A stretch of 64,000 nucleotides of DNA from Heptranchias perlo (Eukaryota): the NCBI RefSeq assembly GCF_035084215.1, contig NW_027139268.1, positions 186,001 through 250,000 on the forward strand, read 5' to 3'. Of the stretch, positions 58,672 to 64,000 are shown piece after piece. Position 1 is the first letter of the stretch. Every line of letters starts with the position of its first letter. Position numbers and translations under genes: made by a program. The notes under the pieces are model-generated. The model did not search any database. It saw nothing but the letters and a program-made list of their open reading frames with translations, and was not told the DNA's origin.

Positions 58672-59480
58672 GGATTTGGTGATGGTAATGCTGTTGAATG
58701 TTCGACTCTCTCTTGTTGGAGATGGTCATTGCCTGGCACTTGTCTGGCGCGAATGTTACTTGCCACTTATCAGCCCAAGCCTGGTCTTGCTGCATGCGGG
58801 CACGGACTGCTTCATTATCCAAGGGGCTGCGAATGGAGCTGAACACTGTGCCAATTTCAGCAAACATCCCTACTTCTGACCTTATGATGGAGGGAAGGTC
58901 ATTGATGAAGCAGCTGAAGATGGTTGGGCCCAGAACATTGCCCTGAGGAACTCCTGCAGCGATGTCCTGGGGCTGAGATGATTGGCCTCCAACAACCACT
59001 GCCATCTTCCTTTGTGCTAGCTATGACTCCAGCCACTGGAGAGATTTCCCCCTGATTCCCATTGACTTTAATTTTACTAGGGCTCCTTGATGCCACACTC
59101 GGTCAAATGCAGTCACTCCCACCTCACCTCTGGAATTCAGCTCTTTTGTCCATGTTTGGACCAAGGCTGTAATGAGGTCTGGAGCCGAGTGGTCCTGGCG
59201 GAACCCAAACTGAGCATCGGTGAGCAGGTTATTGGTGAGTAAGTGCCGCTTGATAGCACTGTCGACGACACCTTCCATCACTTTGCTGATGATTGAGAGT
59301 AGACTGATGGGGCGGTAATTGGCCGGGTTGGATTTGTCCTGCTTTTTGTGGACAGGACATACCTGGGCAATTTTCCACATTGTCGGGGAGATGCCAGTGT
59401 TGTAGCTGTACTGGAACAGCTTGGCTAGAGGCGCAGCTAGTTATGGAGCACAAGACTTCAGCACTACAGCTGGGATGTTG
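58672..59480 (-). mobile_element. second CR1-group LINE, RT fragment
   Basis: Near-identical to 35890-36650 (NYRPISLL, GVPQG.VLGP). Confidence 0.9.
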
Positions 59481-59499
59481 TACCCTTGGAGTCCAGGTA

Positions 59500-60267
59500 T
59501 CATTCTAGTAAATCTACGCTGCAGTCCCTCCAAGGCCAATATATCCTTCCTAAGGTACGGTGCCCAGAATTGAACACAATCTCCAGATGTGATCTAACCA
59601 GGGCTTTGTATAGCTGTAACATAACTTCTAACCCCTTGTATTCTATTCCTCTAGATATAAAGACCAGCCTTCCATGAGCTTTTTTGATTATTTTCTGTAC
59701 CTGTCCATGACATTTTAATGAACTATGCACACGGACCCTCAAGTCTCTTTTGACCTCCACTGTTTCGAGCTTTTCACCATTTAGAAAACTCTGATCTATC
59801 CTTTTTAGGTCCAAAGTGGATGACCTCACATTTGCCTACATTGAAATCTATTTGCTACAGTTTTGCCCATTCACATAATCTATTAATATCTCTGTAATTT
59901 TATGCTTCCATCTACACTGCTTACAATGCTTTGTGTCATCGGCAAACTTGGATATGTGGCTCTCTATCCCATCATCTAAGTCATTAATAAATACAGTGAA
60001 TAGTTGAGGTCCCAGCAGAGATCCCTGTGGGACACCACTAGTCACATCCTGCCTATTTGAGTACCTGCCCATTATCCCTACTCCCTGTCTCCTGCCGCTC
60101 AGCCAATTTCCTAACCAGGTCAATAATTTGCCCTCAATTCCATGAGCTTCAACTTTAGCCAACAATCTCTTATGAGGGACTTTATCAATTGCCTTCTGAA
60201 AGTCCATATGAATAACATCCGTAGACATTCCCCCGTCCACTACTTTAGTCATCTCCAAAAAATTCAA
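59500..60267 (-). mobile_element. CR1 RT fragment
   Basis: [33 protein letters not shown]. Confidence 0.88.
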
Positions 60268-60467
60268 NNNNNNNNNNNNNNNNNNNNNNNNNNNNNNNNN
60301 NNNNNNNNNNNNNNNNNNNNNNNNNNNNNNNNNNNNNNNNNNNNNNNNNNNNNNNNNNNNNNNNNNNNNNNNNNNNNNNNNNNNNNNNNNNNNNNNNNNN
60401 NNNNNNNNNNNNNNNNNNNNNNNNNNNNNNNNNNNNNNNNNNNNNNNNNNNNNNNNNNNNNNNNNNN
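60268..60467. other. 200-N assembly gap
   Basis: Run of exactly 200 N. Confidence 0.95.
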
Positions 60468-60618
60468 TGTACTGAGGGAGCGCTGCACTGGCAGTGTGCC
60501 AGTACTCCTGGTGCTGTCTGCATGCTTTCTATGGGCAGCCTTGCCACGATATGCCCGATGTAGTTCAGGTGATGGAACGCAGGCAATGGGCAGTGGGTGG
60601 GAGGGTGGAACGGTGCAA

Positions 60619-63600
60619 GCTCTCCCCCTCCCCCGCTCACACTGCTCTCCCCCTCCCCCGCTCACACTGCTCTCCCCCTCCCCCGCTCACACTGCTCTCC
60701 CCTCCCCCTCCCCCGCTCACACTGCTCTCCCCCTCCCCCTCCCCCGCTCACACTGCTCTCCCCCTCCCCCGCTCACACTGCTCTCCCCCTCCCCCGCTCA
60801 CACTGCTCTCCCCTCCCCGCTCACCTGCTCTCCCCTCCCCGCTCACACTGCTCTCCCCCTCCCCCTCCCCCGCTCACACTGCTCTCCCCCTCCCCCGCTC
60901 ACACTGCTCTCCCCCTCCCCCGCTCACACTGCTCTCCCCCTCCCCCGCTCACACTGCTCTCCCCTCCCCGCTCACACTGCACTCCCCCTCCCCCTCCCCC
61001 GCTCACACTGCACTCCCCCTCACCCTCCCCCGCTCACACTGCTCTCCCCCTCCCCCGCTCACACTGCGCTCACCCTCCCCCGCTCACACTGCTCTCCCCC
61101 TCCTCCGCTCGCACTGCTCTCCCCCTCCCCGCTCACACTGCTCTCCCCCTCCCCGCTCACACTGCTCTCCCCCTCCCCCGCTCACACTGCTCTCCCCCTC
61201 CCCGCTCACACTGCTCTCCCCCTCCCCGCTCACACTGCTCTCCCCTCCCTCCCCCGCTCACACTGCTCTCCCCCTCCCCCGCTCACACTGCTCTCCCCCT
61301 CCCCCTCCCCCGCTCACACTGCTCTCCCCCTCCCCCGCTCACACTGCTCTCCCCTCCCCCGCTCCCCACACTGCCCTCCCCCTCCCCACTCACACTGCTC
61401 TCCCCTCCCCGCTCACACTGCTCTCCCCCTCCCCCGCTCACACTGCTCTCCCCCTCCCCCGCTCACACTGCTCTCCCCCTCCCCTCCCCCGCTCACACTG
61501 CTCTCCCCCTCCCCCGCTCACACTGCTCTCCCCCTCCCCCGCTCACACTGCTCTCCCCCTCCCCCGCTCACACTGCTCTCCCCCTCCCCCTCCCCCGCTC
61601 ACACTGCTCTCCCCCTCCCCCGCTCACACTGCTCTCCCCCTCCCCCGCTCACACTGCTCTCCCCTCCCCCGCTCACACTGCTCTCCCCTCCCCCGCTCAC
61701 ACTGCACTCCCCCTCCCCTCCCCGCTCACACTGCACTCCCCTCACCCTCCCCCGCTCACACTGCTCTCCCCCTCCCCCGCTCACACTGCGCTCACCCTCC
61801 CCCGCTCACACTGCTCTCCCCTCCTCCGCTCACACTGCTCTCCCCCTCCCCGCTCACACTGCTCTCCCCTCCCCGCTCACACTGCTCTCCCCCTCCCCCG
61901 CTCACACTGCTCTCCCCTCCCCCGCTCACACTGCTCTCCCCTCCCCGCTCACACTGCTCTCCCCCTCCCCCGCTCACACTGCTCTCCCCCTCCCCCTCCC
62001 CGCTCACACTGCTCTCCCCTCCCCCGCTCACACTGCTCTCCCCTCCCCTCCCCGCTCACACTGCTCTCCCCCTCCCCCGCTCACACTGCTCTCCCCCTCC
62101 CCCGCTCACACTGCCCTCCCCCTCCCCCACTCACACTGCTCTCCCCCTCCCCGCTCACACTGCTCTCCCCTCCCCCCGCTCACACTGCTCTCCCCCTCCC
62201 CGCTCACACTGCTCTCCCCCTCCCCCGCTCACACTGCTCTCCCCCTCCCCCGCTCACACTGCTCTCCTCCTCCCCCGCTCACACTGCTCTCCCCCTCCCT
62301 CGCTCACACTGCTCTCCCCCTCCCCCGCTCACACTGCTCTCCCCCTCCCCCGCTCACACTGCTCTCCCCCTCCCCCGCTCACACTGCTCTCCCCCTCCCC
62401 CGCTCACACTGCTCTCCCCCTCCCCCGCTCACACTGCTCTCCCCCCTCCCCCGCTCACACTGCTCTCCCCTCCCCCGCTCACACTGCTCTCCCCTCCCCC
62501 GCTCACACTGCTCTCCCCTCCCCGCTCACACTGCTCTCCCCCTCCCCCGCTCACACTGCTCTCCCCCTCCCCCGCTCACACTGCTCTCTCCCCTCCCCCG
62601 CTCACACTGCTCTCCCCCTCCCCCGCTCACACTGCTCTCCCCCTCCCCCTCCCCCGCTCACACTGCTCTCCCCTCCCCCGCTCACACTGCCCTCCCCCTC
62701 CCCGCTCACACTGCTCTCCCCCTCCCCCTCCCCGCTCACACTGCTCTCCCCTCCCCCGCTCACACTGCTCTCCCCCTCCCCCGCTCACACTGCTCTCCCC
62801 CTCCCCCGCTCACACTGCTCTCCCCCTCCCCCGCTCACACTGCCCTCCCCCTCCCCCGCTCACACTGCTCTCCCCTCCCCCTCCCCGCTCACACTGCTCT
62901 CCCTCTCCCCGCTCACACTGCTCTCCCCCTCCCCTCCCCCGCTCGCACTGCCCTCCCCCTCCCCCGCTCACACTGCTCTCCCCATCCCCCGCTCACACTG
63001 CTCTCCCCCTCCCCCGCTCACACTGCTCTCCCCCTCCCCCGCTCACACTGCTCTCCCCCTCCCCCGCTCACACTGCTCTCCCCCTCCCCGCTCACGCTGC
63101 TCTCCGCCCTCCCCCGCTCACGCTGCTCTCCCCCTCCCCCGCTCACGCTGCTCTCCCCCTCCCCCGCTCACGCTGCTCTCCCCTCCCCCGCTCACACTGC
63201 TCTCCCCCTCCCCGCTCACACTGCTCTCCCCCTCCCCGCTCACATTGCTCTCCCCTCCCCGCTCACATTGCTCTCCCCCTCCCCCTCCCCGCTCACACTG
63301 CTCTCCCCCTCCCCGCTCACACTGCTCTCCCCCTCCCCTGCTCACACTGCTCTCCCCCTCCCCTCCCCGCTCACACTGCTCTCCCCCTCCCCGCTCACAC
63401 TGCTCTCCCCCTCCCCCGCTCACACTGCTCTCCCCCTCCCCCGCTCACACTGCTCTCCCCTCCCCCGCTCACACTGCTCTCCCTCCCCCGCTCACACTGC
63501 TCTCCCCTCCCCCGCTCACACTGCCCTCCCCTCCCCGCTCACACTGCTCTCCCCTCCCCCTCCCCGCTCACACTGCTCTCCCCTCCCCCTCCCCCGCTCA

Positions 63601-64000
63601 CACTGCTCTCCCCCTCCCCGCTCGCACTGCCCTCCCCCTCCCCCGCTCACACTGCTATCCCCATCCCCCGCTCACACTGCTCTCCCCCTCCCCCGCTCAC
63701 ACTGCTCTCCCCCTCCCGCTCACACTGCTCTCCCCCTCCCCCTCCCCCGCTCACACTGCTCTCCCCCTCCCCCGCTCACACTGCTCTCCCCTCCCCGCTC
63801 ACACTGCTCTCCCCTCCCCGCTCACACTGCCCTCCCCCTCCCCCGCTCACACTACTCTCCCCTCCCCTCCCCCGCTCACACTGCTCTCCCCCTCCCCCGC
63901 TCACATTGCTCTCCCCCTCCCCCGCTCACACTGCTCTCCCCTCCCCGCTCACACTGCTCTCCCCCTCCCCCGCTCACACTGCTCTCCCCCTCCCCTGCTC
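60619..64000. repeat. ~25-bp C-rich minisatellite (CGCTCACACTGCTCTCCCCCTCCCC), open at the right edge
   Basis: Direct periodicity with variable C-runs. Confidence 0.96.

Overview
Repeat-dense vertebrate genomic DNA, most likely from a cartilaginous fish (shark), judging by the CR1/DeuSINE/Penelope repeat content and the class I sequence; this taxon call is recognition, not a database result. There are two host genes. One is a KRAB-less 14-finger C2H2 zinc-finger ORF (32530-33711, +) flanked by decayed fingers. The other is a divergent, probably nonclassical MHC class I heavy-chain gene (+; leader 47751-47802, alpha1 50847-51107, alpha2 56555-56830, alpha3 56946-57224; TM/cytoplasmic exons not found in the window) with a well-spaced S-X-Y/CCAAT promoter module. 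The rest is a >=14.9 kb 33-bp SINE-derived satellite with higher-order structure, about ten other minisatellites (several born from TE sequence), CR1-type LINEs, a second CR1-group LINE with a tRNA-like head plus its deleted SINE derivative, a decayed Penelope element, a palindromic Penelope terminus carrying minimal hammerhead ribozymes, Harbinger-type MITEs and a Myb/SANT remnant, and N gaps. Most long ORFs in the track are artefacts of tandem repeats.
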